DNA of 64,000 nucleotides from Phycisphaeraceae bacterium (GTDB lineage Bacteria; Planctomycetota; Phycisphaerae; Phycisphaerales; Phycisphaeraceae), in the NCBI GenBank assembly GCA_963674705.1, contig OY771506.1, forward strand, positions 1,280,001-1,344,000. The letters run 5' to 3'. The notes beneath the pieces were generated by a model that worked only from the letters and a program-made list of their open reading frames with translations, did no database searches and was not told the DNA's origin. Of the stretch, positions 28,812-38,181 are shown piece by piece (position 1 is the stretch's first letter; each line of letters begins with the position of its first letter). Both the position numbers and the translations under genes were made by a program.

Positions 28812-30626
28812 ATGTCAAAGATTGGATCACGAGTTTCATTAACTTCCATTCGCTTCAAAAATTTTAAGGCCCTGAGTGATTTTTCACTTTCCCTACAGGA
28901 CATGAATATTCTTGTCGGCACCAACAATTGTGGGAAATCAACAATTATCAGCTCTTTGCGCGTGCTTGAGTACGGTATCAAGACTGCGTCCAGGCTTAAA
29001 GCAACATATGTAGAGAGCCCAAGTGGTTCTGTATTAGGCTATAGACTGTCTACTGAAGCACTTCCAATATCAACAGAAAATGTGCACACAGAATATGCTG
29101 ACACCGATACCACTGTAAAATACACCTTTAGTAATCGTAACCACCTTCTTCTTTATTTTCCCCGTGATGGTGGTTGTATCCTAATCCCGCAATCTGAAGT
29201 CTCCGGCACTTGGATTCCTAGGACGTTTAAGGCAGCTTTTCCGATCAATATAAATGTTGTACCAGTGCTTGGGCCAGTAGAACACAATGAGCAGATAGTC
29301 CAAGATGAAACAATTAAAAGAGGTTTGACTACACATCGCGCTTCTCGCCATTTTCGTAATTATTGGTATTACAATCCAGAAGGGTTCGACTCGTTTGCTG
29401 AGATGATTATGGATACCTGGCCAGGAATGACGATTCGTAAGCCCGAAAAGCCCGATGTACTCGCCAAGTATCTCGTCATGTTTTGTGAGGAAAATAGAAT
29501 ACCACGCGAATTATTTTGGGCGGGTTTTGGATTCCAGGTTTGGTGTCAGTTATTGACACACATAGTACGGTCTAAGGACGCTACGGTCGTGGCAATTGAT
29601 GAGCCTGAAATATACCTTCATCCTGATGTTCAGCGCCAACTCCTTGGCATTCTTCGCGATCTAAGATCCGACGTCATAATTGCTACTCATTCCACTGAAT
29701 TAATCGGTGAAGCCGACCCCTCTGACATACTCTTGGTTGATAAGCACAAAAAGAGCGCGTCACGATTGAAGAAGATAGAGAATGTGCAAGACACGTTGGA
29801 TGCCATTGGCTCAATACATAATATGGTCCTCACTCAGTTAGCGAGGACACGTCGTGTTGTTTTTGTCGAGGGCATATATGATTTCAGTTTGCTTCGTAGA
29901 TTTGCCCGGCAAGCTGAATACCCAAAGATTGCTACCGGAGAAGGGTTATCTGTAGTGGAATCAGGGGGATTTTCTTCTTGGGAAAAACTGGCCGGTCTGG
30001 GTTGGGGTATTCAGCAAACGCTTGGAACTCAAGTTGATATGGCCGCTGTTTATGACCGAGATTATTGGTGTGACGAAGAATTAGACGAAATCGAATCAAG
30101 ATTGCTTAAGCATCTAAAGATGGTGTTTTTCTTGGGGCGAAAGGAGGTAGAAAACTATTTGCTTGAACCTGAAGTCCTTAGGCGTGCAACAGAACGTGCA
30201 ATTTCAGAGCGTGCTAGACGCAAGGGTGAATTCCATGACTCCACTTTTTCGACTATTAATGTGCTTAAGGAACTCACGGATGGAATGAAAGATGAAATTC
30301 AGGCCCAGTTTATTGCCAAACGCGCGAATTACCTTCGTTCGGTTGGATCAAGCAAAGATTTATCAACAATTACTCAGGAGGCCATTCGCATATTTGATGC
30401 CAAGTGGCTAACGATTGAAGGACGCATTAAAATTGCGCCTGGTAAAAGATTGCTTCGCGCCTTTCGACAAAGATTACAAGATGAAGAAGGTGTAACAATC
30501 AAGGACTGGCAAATTGTATCTTCTTATCGAAAAACAGAGATACCTAGGGAACTTGTAGATTTTTTTACAAAACTTGAGATATTCCGCGAGCATAGGAAAG
30601 AGTCGCCGCCCACCGGCACGTGGTAA
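28812..30626 (+). CDS. ATP-dependent nuclease, OLD-like (ABC/AAA ATPase plus TOPRIM-like domain)
   Basis: Walker A GTNNCGKS, Walker B IDEPEIYLHP, ATHS. TOPRIM-like VFVEG..D, YDRD and KEVENY. Low GC. Confidence 0.85.
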   Translation: MSKIGSRVSLTSIRFKNFKALSDFSLSLQDMNILVGTNNCGKSTIISSLRVLEYGIKTASRLKATYVESPSGSVLGYRLSTEALPISTENVHTEYADTDTTVKYTFSNRNHLLLYFPRDGGCILIPQSEVSGTWIPRTFKAAFPININVVPVLGPVEHNEQIVQDETIKRGLTTHRASRHFRNYWYYNPEGFDSFAEMIMDTWPGMTIRKPEKPDVLAKYLVMFCEENRIPRELFWAGFGFQVWCQLLTHIVRSKDATVVAIDEPEIYLHPDVQRQLLGILRDLRSDVIIATHSTELIGEADPSDILLVDKHKKSASRLKKIENVQDTLDAIGSIHNMVLTQLARTRRVVFVEGIYDFSLLRRFARQAEYPKIATGEGLSVVESGGFSSWEKLAGLGWGIQQTLGTQVDMAAVYDRDYWCDEELDEIESRLLKHLKMVFFLGRKEVENYLLEPEVLRRATERAISERARRKGEFHDSTFSTINVLKELTDGMKDEIQAQFIAKRANYLRSVGSSKDLSTITQEAIRIFDAKWLTIEGRIKIAPGKRLLRAFRQRLQDEEGVTIKDWQIVSSYRKTEIPRELVDFFTKLEIFREHRKESPPTGTW

Positions 30627-30698
30627 AAAGTAAACAGATATGAATCTAAATACGTCATGTTGTTGTGTTAATTGTCCAGGTATTGGAGGCATTAATCC

Positions 30699-31001
30699 AT
30701 GCCCCTAACCCCCCAACAAAAACGTGCGCTCAAACAGCAAGGCCAGACCATGCCGGACGATTGTCGGTTGGGTAAGGGGCTGTTCAGTGATGCGTTTGCG
30801 GCGAATCTGAATCGGTTGCTGGATCGGAAGGGTCTTGTGAAGATGCGGTTTACGGAGCTTGAAGGCAAGGAACGCAAGGAATTGGCCAACGCGGTGTGTC
30901 AGGCGGTCGGGGCGGAGTTGGTGCAGGTCGTCGGGCGGACGGTGTTGCTGTATCGGGAGCCGAAGGAGGAGCCTCGCCCGGAGGGTGAGAGCGGGGTGTA
31001 G
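30699..31001 (+). CDS. yhbY: YhbY/CRM domain RNA-binding protein
   Basis: Motifs LTPQQKRALK, LGKG, LVKMRF and AELVQVVGRTVLLYR. Confidence 0.85.
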   Translation: MPLTPQQKRALKQQGQTMPDDCRLGKGLFSDAFAANLNRLLDRKGLVKMRFTELEGKERKELANAVCQAVGAELVQVVGRTVLLYREPKEEPRPEGESGV

Positions 31002-31032
31002 GGTTTGGGGTGTCGGGTGTAGGGTAGAAAAC
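30987..31032 (+). repeat. 46-bp direct repeat, left copy
   Basis: gagagcggggtgtagggtttggggtgtcgggtgtagggtagaaaac is 45/46 identical to 32430-32475. Confidence 0.92.
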
Positions 31033-31249
31033 CGAGGGGTTGGGGGAAGTGTTTGGTTGAATGATGTGGACCCCGGCCAAGCGGCTTTGCCGCATGACCG
31101 GGCTTTGTTGCATGGCTGGGGTTTATTTTTGTGGGGGGCGTGTTGTGCATTGGGGGCCGCCGCGTGTGACGCGGCGGCTGGGGGGCGGGGTTGTTTCCGG
31201 GTTGTGCGCATGAGGGGGGCGGGGTGCACCTCTATAGAGGAGGTGTTTT

Positions 31250-32470
31250 GTGATGGATGAATTGGATCGGAACCTGATGGAGGCGTGGGGTGAGGTGACG
31301 GCGAAGTTGCGGGGGGACCGGGGGCTTGCGCGGAAGCGTTGGCGGCGGAGTAAGGGGAGGACGTTGCAGCGGCCGCCTCGGGCGTGGTGTATGGCGGTGC
31401 GCGCGTCGGATACGCGGCTGCAGGGGTGGAACACGCTGATGGATGATCGGCGGGCGTTTGAGACGTGGCAGGGGCATCGGCTGGAGCTGGATGGTAAGCG
31501 GTTGCGTGAGTTGTGCGGGCCGGTGTGGTTGGGTTGGCCGGGGATGAGGCTGGTGGATGCGGCGCGGGAGCTTGGGAGACATCCGGAGGCGCTACGGTAT
31601 TGGTTGCCGAAGGCGGGTCGGCCGGGGCGGTCGCGACGGGTGCGTGCGCATAAAGCACCGCGTCGTTACGAGGAGGTGAATGAGCAGGGCGCGGTTTTTT
31701 GTGTGCGGTATGAGAAGGCGCAGTGTCATGGGCACTTCGGGATGGATGTGCCTGTGGTTTGGACGGATGTGCCTTTGAATCCGGGTGCGTCGTTCGGGCG
31801 ATCGCCGCACGCGGTTTGGGGGTCGATGTGGCAATACCTTGGGCAGGGTGTTCAGGATGAGTATGTACTTCAGGTGGAACGTGTGCCGAGGTATCGGCCA
31901 TACGGTGACGGGACGGAGCGGTTCAGGGGATGGAACTTTGTGTGCCCGGGGCGGTACGACCCGGCGACGGGCGAGCATCGGTCGTGTGGGCGGCTGGTGC
32001 AGACGTTGTATGGGCCTTTGCCTGTGTCGACGATTGCGCATCGATTGAATGATGATGAGGGGATTGATGTCGGGGAGGCTAATGAGGGGAGAGGTGAGAG
32101 TGGGAGCAAGAGCGGGAGCGAGATCGAGAGCGCCAAACCGCAAGCGGCTGATGCGGGGGGTTTACGGGGGGACTTTCAGGGGGGCTTCCGGGGGCGGTTG
32201 AGTGGGCGGTGGTATCCGGGGGTGGAGGATGTGTTGAAAGGGAAGCGCTGTTTTGCGTGTTCGACGTGTTGGAGGGTGCGTAACTTTTCGTTGTGTGATT
32301 ATCGCGGGTGGAACGAGTTTGTGAGTTATTTGAGTGGCGGGTTGTTGTTCGGCAGGGAGGTGAAGCGGCCGGGGTGGTTGGTTTATGAGCGGAAGCGTGA
32401 GGTGAAACGTGGGGCGCGGGGCAGGGGGCGAGAGCGGGGTGTAGGGTTTGGGGTGTCGGGTGCAGGGTAG
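31250..32470 (+). CDS. Hypothetical basic protein with possible HTH and split Cys4 Zn finger
   Basis: LVDAARELGRHPEALRYWL, then WNFVCPG...CGRLVQTLY...FACSTC. gaggaggt RBS. Strong G+T bias on the coding strand. Confidence 0.7.
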   Translation: MMDELDRNLMEAWGEVTAKLRGDRGLARKRWRRSKGRTLQRPPRAWCMAVRASDTRLQGWNTLMDDRRAFETWQGHRLELDGKRLRELCGPVWLGWPGMRLVDAARELGRHPEALRYWLPKAGRPGRSRRVRAHKAPRRYEEVNEQGAVFCVRYEKAQCHGHFGMDVPVVWTDVPLNPGASFGRSPHAVWGSMWQYLGQGVQDEYVLQVERVPRYRPYGDGTERFRGWNFVCPGRYDPATGEHRSCGRLVQTLYGPLPVSTIAHRLNDDEGIDVGEANEGRGESGSKSGSEIESAKPQAADAGGLRGDFQGGFRGRLSGRWYPGVEDVLKGKRCFACSTCWRVRNFSLCDYRGWNEFVSYLSGGLLFGREVKRPGWLVYERKREVKRGARGRGRERGVGFGVSGAG

Positions 32471-32475
32471 AAAAC
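32430..32475 (+). repeat. 46-bp direct repeat, right copy
   Basis: Matches the left copy and contains the stop codon of the enclosed ORF. Confidence 0.92.
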
Positions 32476-32482
32476 GGGAATG

Positions 32483-33040
32483 TCAGGCCTGCTGTTCATC
32501 TGTGTCATCTGTGTGATCCGTGGTTGCCCTCATAAACTCTGCGATCTCCGGGGTGTAAACCGCATAGCTACTGTTTTCATCAGTTACCGTAACCGGCGCG
32601 ATGGTTGCGCCGCATTCGGGGCATGATGTCGATTCGTCGGGCGTGCCGCGCAGGTCGTAGTTGCATATCAGGCAGATCGGCGGGCGTAGTTCGATACGGA
32701 CCAGTTCGTTGTGGACGTGGACTTTTTTGTAATGTCGCGATGCGGCATTTTGGCTGTAGTAAACGAGGCAGAGCAGGCTGGCGAGTACAGCGTTGTCGAG
32801 TACATAGGTGATCCGGCCCGACGGAAGTTGAGCATGCAACACGTGCCATGCGATGTAGATCGGGACGGGGTACAACCAGCGCAACCACCACCCAGGTTTC
32901 ATCCAGACGCGATTCCTTCGGCCGGTCAGGACCAGGTGCATACGCACCTCCATCGGCATTGACTTAAGCTCGGGAAACATCTGATCAAAGCGATTGATCT
33001 CTTGAGAAAGTTTCTTGACAGCACGCTTGTCTTGACTCAT
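32483..33040 (-). CDS. Membrane protein with C-terminal CxxCxYDLRG-CPECG Zn ribbon
   Basis: Two TM segments, then CLICNYDLRGTPDESTSCPECG. Confidence 0.75.
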   Translation of the reverse strand: MSQDKRAVKKLSQEINRFDQMFPELKSMPMEVRMHLVLTGRRNRVWMKPGWWLRWLYPVPIYIAWHVLHAQLPSGRITYVLDNAVLASLLCLVYYSQNAASRHYKKVHVHNELVRIELRPPICLICNYDLRGTPDESTSCPECGATIAPVTVTDENSSYAVYTPEIAEFMRATTDHTDDTDEQQA

Positions 33041-33510
33041 CCCCCGGCCTCGCTTTCTGTTTCCGGCTCTTGTTTGGTTACTTGTGCGATCTTGGCGCCG
33101 CATTCGGGGCAGGCGGTGGACTCATCGGGCGTGCCGCTCAGGTCGTAGCCGCATTCCAAGCACAGATCGGGGCGTAAATTTCTACGAATTAATTCTTCGG
33201 CCAAGCATATTCGTTGGCGTAGAGAGGTTTGTATCCACATGTTTACGAAGGCGAGCATCATGATGCAAAGAGACAGTATCAAACTGACAAGATTGTTTGC
33301 TTCCCCAAACTCGTCATACACGGGACCGAAGATCTTCGCTATGAGCCACAGCACAGGAAGCTGAAGCAAGAACGGTACAAAACCTCTCAGAACAAAGCGG
33401 GGGTCTCCCCACAGATTGCTTCCGGCTTTATGCAGGACTTCTTTCTTCAATGACACTGGGCCCAGCCCTTTTAGCGCGAGCTTGATTGGAGGGCGATTGG
33501 ACAAAAACAT
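33037..33510 (-). CDS. Paralogous membrane protein with CxxCGYDLxG-CPECG Zn ribbon
   Basis: Two TM segments, then CLECGYDLSGTPDESTACPECG. 4-bp overlap with the next gene. Confidence 0.75.
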   Translation of the reverse strand: MFLSNRPPIKLALKGLGPVSLKKEVLHKAGSNLWGDPRFVLRGFVPFLLQLPVLWLIAKIFGPVYDEFGEANNLVSLILSLCIMMLAFVNMWIQTSLRQRICLAEELIRRNLRPDLCLECGYDLSGTPDESTACPECGAKIAQVTKQEPETESEAGG

Positions 33511-33513
33511 GTC

Positions 33514-35007
33514 TCACTCCGCTTTCAATTCGCGGCGGAGGATTTTGCCGGTCGGGTTGCGCGGCAGCTTATCAAGTACGCGGACTTCTTTGGGGATTTT
33601 GAATTGGGCGAGTGAGTCGCGGCAATGGTTTCGGATGGCTGACTCGTCGAAGGTGGCGTCTTCGTTGAGTTCGACGAAGGCGATGGGGACTTCGCCGCGC
33701 ATGTCGTCTTTTTTGCCGATGACGGCGGAGGCGGCGACGGAGGGGTGGGTGTTGATGACTTCTTCTATTTCGCGCGGAAAGACGTTTTCGCCGCCGACGA
33801 TGAGCATTTCTTTTTTGCGGCCTGTGATGAATAGGAAGCCTTCCTCGTCGATCTTGCCGATGTCACCGGTGCGGAAGGCGCGGACGGGTTTGTCCGAGCC
33901 GGGCGGGGTGATTTCGGTGATGACTTCGGCGGTCTTGTTGTCGAGCTTGTAGTAGCCCTTCATGATGTTCGGGCCGGTGAGGATGATTTCACCTTCTTCG
34001 TTGGGCCCGAGGATGTTGTTGTGTTCATCGACGATGTAGTTACCCACGCCGGGCAGCGGTTGGCCGACGGAGTGGCGTTTGTTCTGCGCGCGGGTGCACC
34101 AGTTGGTTGCGGGGGAGGTTTCGGTAAGGCCGTAGCCCTCGAAGAGCTTGGTGTCGAACTTTTCTTTGAACGCGGTGTAGATCGAATCGGACAGGGGTTC
34201 CGCGCCACAGACGGCGAAGCGCAGCGAACTCATTGTTTCAGGCTTCGCGCTCTTGACCGACAGTAGCGCGCCATACATCGAAGGCACGGCGATGAAGATA
34301 TCGGGCTTGTGTTCTTCGATCAGTCCGATGAGTTTGCGCGGCACGAAGCGGGCAGTGTAGACGACTTGCGAACCGATGAATAGCGGCAGCAGCGTCAGCA
34401 CCGTGAGGCCGAACGCGTGGAACTGCGGCAGCACGCCGAGGAATTTGTCGGCTCGGGTGATCTTGGCGTGTTCGATGGCGGCCAGTACGTTGGACTGCAG
34501 GTTGTTATGCGTGAGCATGACGCCCTTGGGCTTGCCGGACGTGCCTGAGGTGTAGAGCAGGACGGCGAGGTCATCGTCTTTGGGGTTCGGCGGCCAGCCG
34601 ATCGGGGGCATGCCTTTGAAGCTGACTTTTTCCAGCTCGATGACCTTGATGCCCTCGGGGATGGCGTCTGCGCCGCCGAGGTGTTCGAGCATCAGGCTGG
34701 AGGTGAAGAGGGTGTCGATGTCGCTGTCTTTGATGACGTAGGCGAGTTCTTCCTTGGATAGCAGGTAGTTGAACGGGACGGGGACCCGGCCGGCGATCCA
34801 GGCGCCAAGCAGCGCGACGGGGAAGGCCCCGCTGGTCGGGAGCATGATGCCGACGTGCCTGGCGGAGCTGTTGCGTTTGATCTCGCGGGCGATGAAGTAA
34901 GCACCGGCGATGAGCTTCGCATAGGAGTAGGACTGGCGGTCGTCGATGACGGCGACGGAGCGTGGGCGTTTGATGGCTTGTGCAAGAATGGGCCGAAGCA
35001 GGCTCAT
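33514..35007 (-). CDS. AMP-binding enzyme, long-chain fatty acid--CoA/ACP ligase
   Basis: Motifs YTSGTSGKPKG, EGYGLTETSP, RTGDIG, GRKKEM and PRNPTGKI. Confidence 0.92.
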   Translation of the reverse strand: MSLLRPILAQAIKRPRSVAVIDDRQSYSYAKLIAGAYFIAREIKRNSSARHVGIMLPTSGAFPVALLGAWIAGRVPVPFNYLLSKEELAYVIKDSDIDTLFTSSLMLEHLGGADAIPEGIKVIELEKVSFKGMPPIGWPPNPKDDDLAVLLYTSGTSGKPKGVMLTHNNLQSNVLAAIEHAKITRADKFLGVLPQFHAFGLTVLTLLPLFIGSQVVYTARFVPRKLIGLIEEHKPDIFIAVPSMYGALLSVKSAKPETMSSLRFAVCGAEPLSDSIYTAFKEKFDTKLFEGYGLTETSPATNWCTRAQNKRHSVGQPLPGVGNYIVDEHNNILGPNEEGEIILTGPNIMKGYYKLDNKTAEVITEITPPGSDKPVRAFRTGDIGKIDEEGFLFITGRKKEMLIVGGENVFPREIEEVINTHPSVAASAVIGKKDDMRGEVPIAFVELNEDATFDESAIRNHCRDSLAQFKIPKEVRVLDKLPRNPTGKILRRELKAE

Positions 35008-35116
35008 AGGAATCCTCAAATGTGATAGACGGGTGCGTAACGCTTAAACTATACCAGCCAATGAATCGCAAGGCCGAACCACGGACGGATCAGGGGACAC
35101 GATGATGCAGACACAT

Positions 35117-35900
35117 ATGAAACACGTAAGGACCGCCGCCTGGCTTATCGCAGGGCTGGCGCTTTGTTTTGGCGGGATGCCAGACCGCCAAGGGGCCTAA
35201 CCAGGTGGATCTGGCGCAGTCGCACTTCCAGCAGGGCAACTACACGCAGGCGTATTCGACGGCCGCGCGGGCGGCGAATGCGACCGGCGGGGCCGAGCGC
35301 GACCTGGCGAATTACCTGGCGGGGGTTTCGGCGTACCGGTTGGGCAATATGTCGGCCGCAGAACGCTATCTGCGCGTCGCCGCATTGAGTAAAGACGAAT
35401 CGCTCGCTGCGGACGCCAGCTCGACGCTCGGGTTGATCTATTCCCAGCAACTGCAATACGCCGCCGCCGCCAACGCCTTCATGCGTGGTGCATCATTACA
35501 GCATGGCGAAGACCGCGCGCAGGGCTACTTCTATGCCGGCGTCGCACAGCAGAAGCTGGGTCAATGGCCTCAGGCGCGCACGAGCCTGCTGCTGGCCCGC
35601 AAGGCGACAGCCGACAAGAGCCTGATTCAGCGCATCGACGAGCAGCTTGCGGTCACGGGATACACGATCCAGATCGGCGCGTTTGCCAATCGTGATAATG
35701 CGGACAAGCTGGCGTCGGAGTATGCGGGCAAAGTCGCGGCGGCCGAGCTTGGTTCCGTTTATGTCACCCCCGGCGCGACAGCCAGCGGCCGGACACTCAA
35801 TATGGTGCAGGTTGGCCGGTTCGCCACGTTCGGTGCTGCGAGTCAGGCGAAAAGCAAACTGGGGTTGCGCGATGCGGTGATTGTGTCGTTGCAGCAGTGA
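35117..35900 (+). CDS. TPR plus SPOR domain lipoprotein, apparent +1 frameshift at 35167-35170
   Basis: TPR-like helices and SPOR motif YTIQIGAFANRDNA...VQVGRF. Removing one T joins MKHVRTAAWLIAGLALC to LAGC (lipobox). Confidence 0.8.
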
Positions 35901-36025
35901 GGGTGATATTGAATGTTGGATGTACGATGTTCAATTTTGTAGCATGGTGTGTTGTGCTGGTGTTAGCGCAGTGCGGCTTGCAGCAGATTGAACATTCCAC
36001 ATGGAAGATTGAACACTTCGGAAAC

Positions 36026-36168
<143 letters not shown>

Positions 36169-36170
36169 AC

Positions 36171-36545
36171 TCAAGCACAGCGGAAGATGATCTGGTCGCA
36201 GACGATTCTTGCCAGTTCGCTGAGTTTGAATCGCATCTGATCGTCGAGCTCGCTGAACTCGAAGCCGATCATGTGTTTGCGGAAGCCCTGGCGTTCGACC
36301 CAGATGACGCGAGCTGGCAGTTTGAGGACGGGGTCGCCGGCGTTCGGGTGGACGCTGATGGTGTATGAATCGCCGACCTCCATGATCTGCCCGCCACGTC
36401 GTAAGACGCGCATGCCCGATCCGGATAGATCGATCACCTGACCGACGCAGCAGCTTGCGTCCTCGCAGCGCAGTCGGCCGTGCCGTCTGCGTTCGTTGGA
36501 TGGTGGCGCGTCGAGCACGAGTTTAGGATTGCGGACCAGTCTCAT
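36171..36545 (-). CDS. PilZ domain protein (c-di-GMP receptor)
   Basis: ERRRHGR (RxxxR) and DLSGSG (DxSxxG), plus ARVIW and IGFEF. Confidence 0.88.
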   Translation of the reverse strand: MRLVRNPKLVLDAPPSNERRRHGRLRCEDASCCVGQVIDLSGSGMRVLRRGGQIMEVGDSYTISVHPNAGDPVLKLPARVIWVERQGFRKHMIGFEFSELDDQMRFKLSELARIVCDQIIFRCA

Positions 36546-36552
36546 ATCGAAA

Positions 36553-36579
36553 ATATCGGTGTGGTGACAGCGCGACTGA
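36553..36579 (-). promoter_or_regulatory. Candidate sigma-28 (FliA-type) promoter
   Basis: TCAG-N15-ACCGATAT just upstream of the PilZ start. Confidence 0.45.
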
Positions 36580-36698
36580 TGGTTCGGCTGGGTTAATCCA
36601 GAGATAGTATGGGGGTTGTAGGGTTTGGGGTGTGGCTGGGTGCGATAAGTATTGGGAAATGAACTAAAGAGTTCATCGTCGCTAAGCCGTAAACAGCT

Positions 36699-38075
36699 TC
36701 AGGCGGAGGCGCGGGATTGGCGTTCGATGAGTCGGCGCTCGATGCGTTGGATGCCGCGCAGCACGTCGTCGGCCGTCTCGAAAGGTACATCCTGTTGTTC
36801 CTTGGGCCGAAGCACGGCGGCGGTCAGGCTCGAGATCGCCTGCGCCTCGACCGTGTTCGGATCGTACTCGATCAGGTGCGCGAAGTTAGGATTGTGCGTG
36901 GGTTTGGTGATTTGCAGTGCGAGATAGAACGTATCGATCGCCGGGTCCGGCTTCTGGTGAACGCAAGTGAATGAGCGGTTAGTGACCTGCCCTTTTTCGA
37001 GCATCTGCCCGAGCATGCGCTGGATCTTGCTGGTGCGCATCATTTCACCGAACAGGCTGGTGAGCATCGGACTCTGCTGGATGTTTTCGCCGATGCGTGC
37101 GGATGATCCGAAGTCGACGAATCCGACGCCGCGCGGCGTAAGGACGAAGTTATCCAGGCGCAGGTCCAGATGCATGACTTGAGCCCGGTTGTGCAGCGCA
37201 CTGAGCAGTTTTGCGCTTTGCTTGGCGAATTCGATCTGCGACAGTTTTGGCCCGCCTGTACGCAACCAGTTCATCGCGAGCCGGCGAACAAACCCGTTGC
37301 CGTCCTTGATCACGCCCATCGGTTTGGGCACGCTGTGACGGTACGGCTCGGGCAGCTCGTTCTGCAGGATCTTCAGGATCGCCGCTTCGCGCGTCAGGAA
37401 TGTCGGGAACACATTGTCGACGAGCTTGCGTGTGCGCAACTCGATATCTTTATCGTTGGCATCCGGGAAACGGCGCCTTAATCGGTACGCGACGTCGGCA
37501 TAGGTCGGCACTTCCTTGCAGACGACGTAGCCATGCTCCGCGCTTGGTTCGCGCATCAGTTCGACTTTGTACGTGTATCGTTCCGTGACCTCGCCGGGCT
37601 GGATCATGCAGACCTTACGGGCGGCGAAGTAATGGATATTTGTCGACAGGCCGGGGAAGCGGAAGCCCAGGCGGTTTATGCGTGTCAATGCGTGCGGCGT
37701 TTCCAGAAGGAACCCGCGTTTGCCGTCATATTCCCGCGCGATGCCGCGAACGCGCTTTTCATCACGGTCGGCGTAGATGAACAGGCCGCCCCAGAGTAGT
37801 TGATGGAAGACTTCATCCGGCAGTTTCGGGTCTTTGCCGGCAGCGAAAAGAAAATCGACCGGCGGGCCGTTTCTTGCCGGGGCGCTGCGTGTAACGAGAT
37901 AGCCCTGCATCGCGTCCGTGAAGTCGCGCTGCGCGACCGTGTCGATCAGTCGATCACCGAACACGCTGCCGTTCATCCCGTTCGTGTTGCGCAGCAGGCA
38001 CGTGTCCGCCTTTTCGGCGCGACGGTTTGGGGCGGGCTCTGCGCCAGTTACGTGCATGGTGGAAGTAAGTCGCAT
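36699..38075 (-). CDS. Protein kinase-like protein with uncharacterised N-terminal domain
   Basis: Motifs VCKE, REAAILK, catalytic loop HLDLRLDN and FVDFG. Start uncertain. Confidence 0.7.
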   Translation of the reverse strand: MRLTSTMHVTGAEPAPNRRAEKADTCLLRNTNGMNGSVFGDRLIDTVAQRDFTDAMQGYLVTRSAPARNGPPVDFLFAAGKDPKLPDEVFHQLLWGGLFIYADRDEKRVRGIAREYDGKRGFLLETPHALTRINRLGFRFPGLSTNIHYFAARKVCMIQPGEVTERYTYKVELMREPSAEHGYVVCKEVPTYADVAYRLRRRFPDANDKDIELRTRKLVDNVFPTFLTREAAILKILQNELPEPYRHSVPKPMGVIKDGNGFVRRLAMNWLRTGGPKLSQIEFAKQSAKLLSALHNRAQVMHLDLRLDNFVLTPRGVGFVDFGSSARIGENIQQSPMLTSLFGEMMRTSKIQRMLGQMLEKGQVTNRSFTCVHQKPDPAIDTFYLALQITKPTHNPNFAHLIEYDPNTVEAQAISSLTAAVLRPKEQQDVPFETADDVLRGIQRIERRLIERQSRASA

Positions 38076-38181
38076 TCAATCCTCGTCTGGTCTCACAAAC
38101 GTCTCGGCATCGCGCCGGGCCCCGACGAGCAGGATCTTGGCTTACCTCATCATACCCCGGATCATGCCCGAGGTATAGGTT

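Noticed and set aside
27053..30626. Gabija or retron system call
   Set aside because: No UvrD-like helicase, reverse transcriptase or msr-msd region is adjacent.
30705..31901. 398-aa Pro/Ala/Thr-rich minus-strand ORF
   Set aside because: It is the antisense shadow of yhbY and of the G+T-skewed plus-strand gene, which have a recognisable motif and an RBS respectively.
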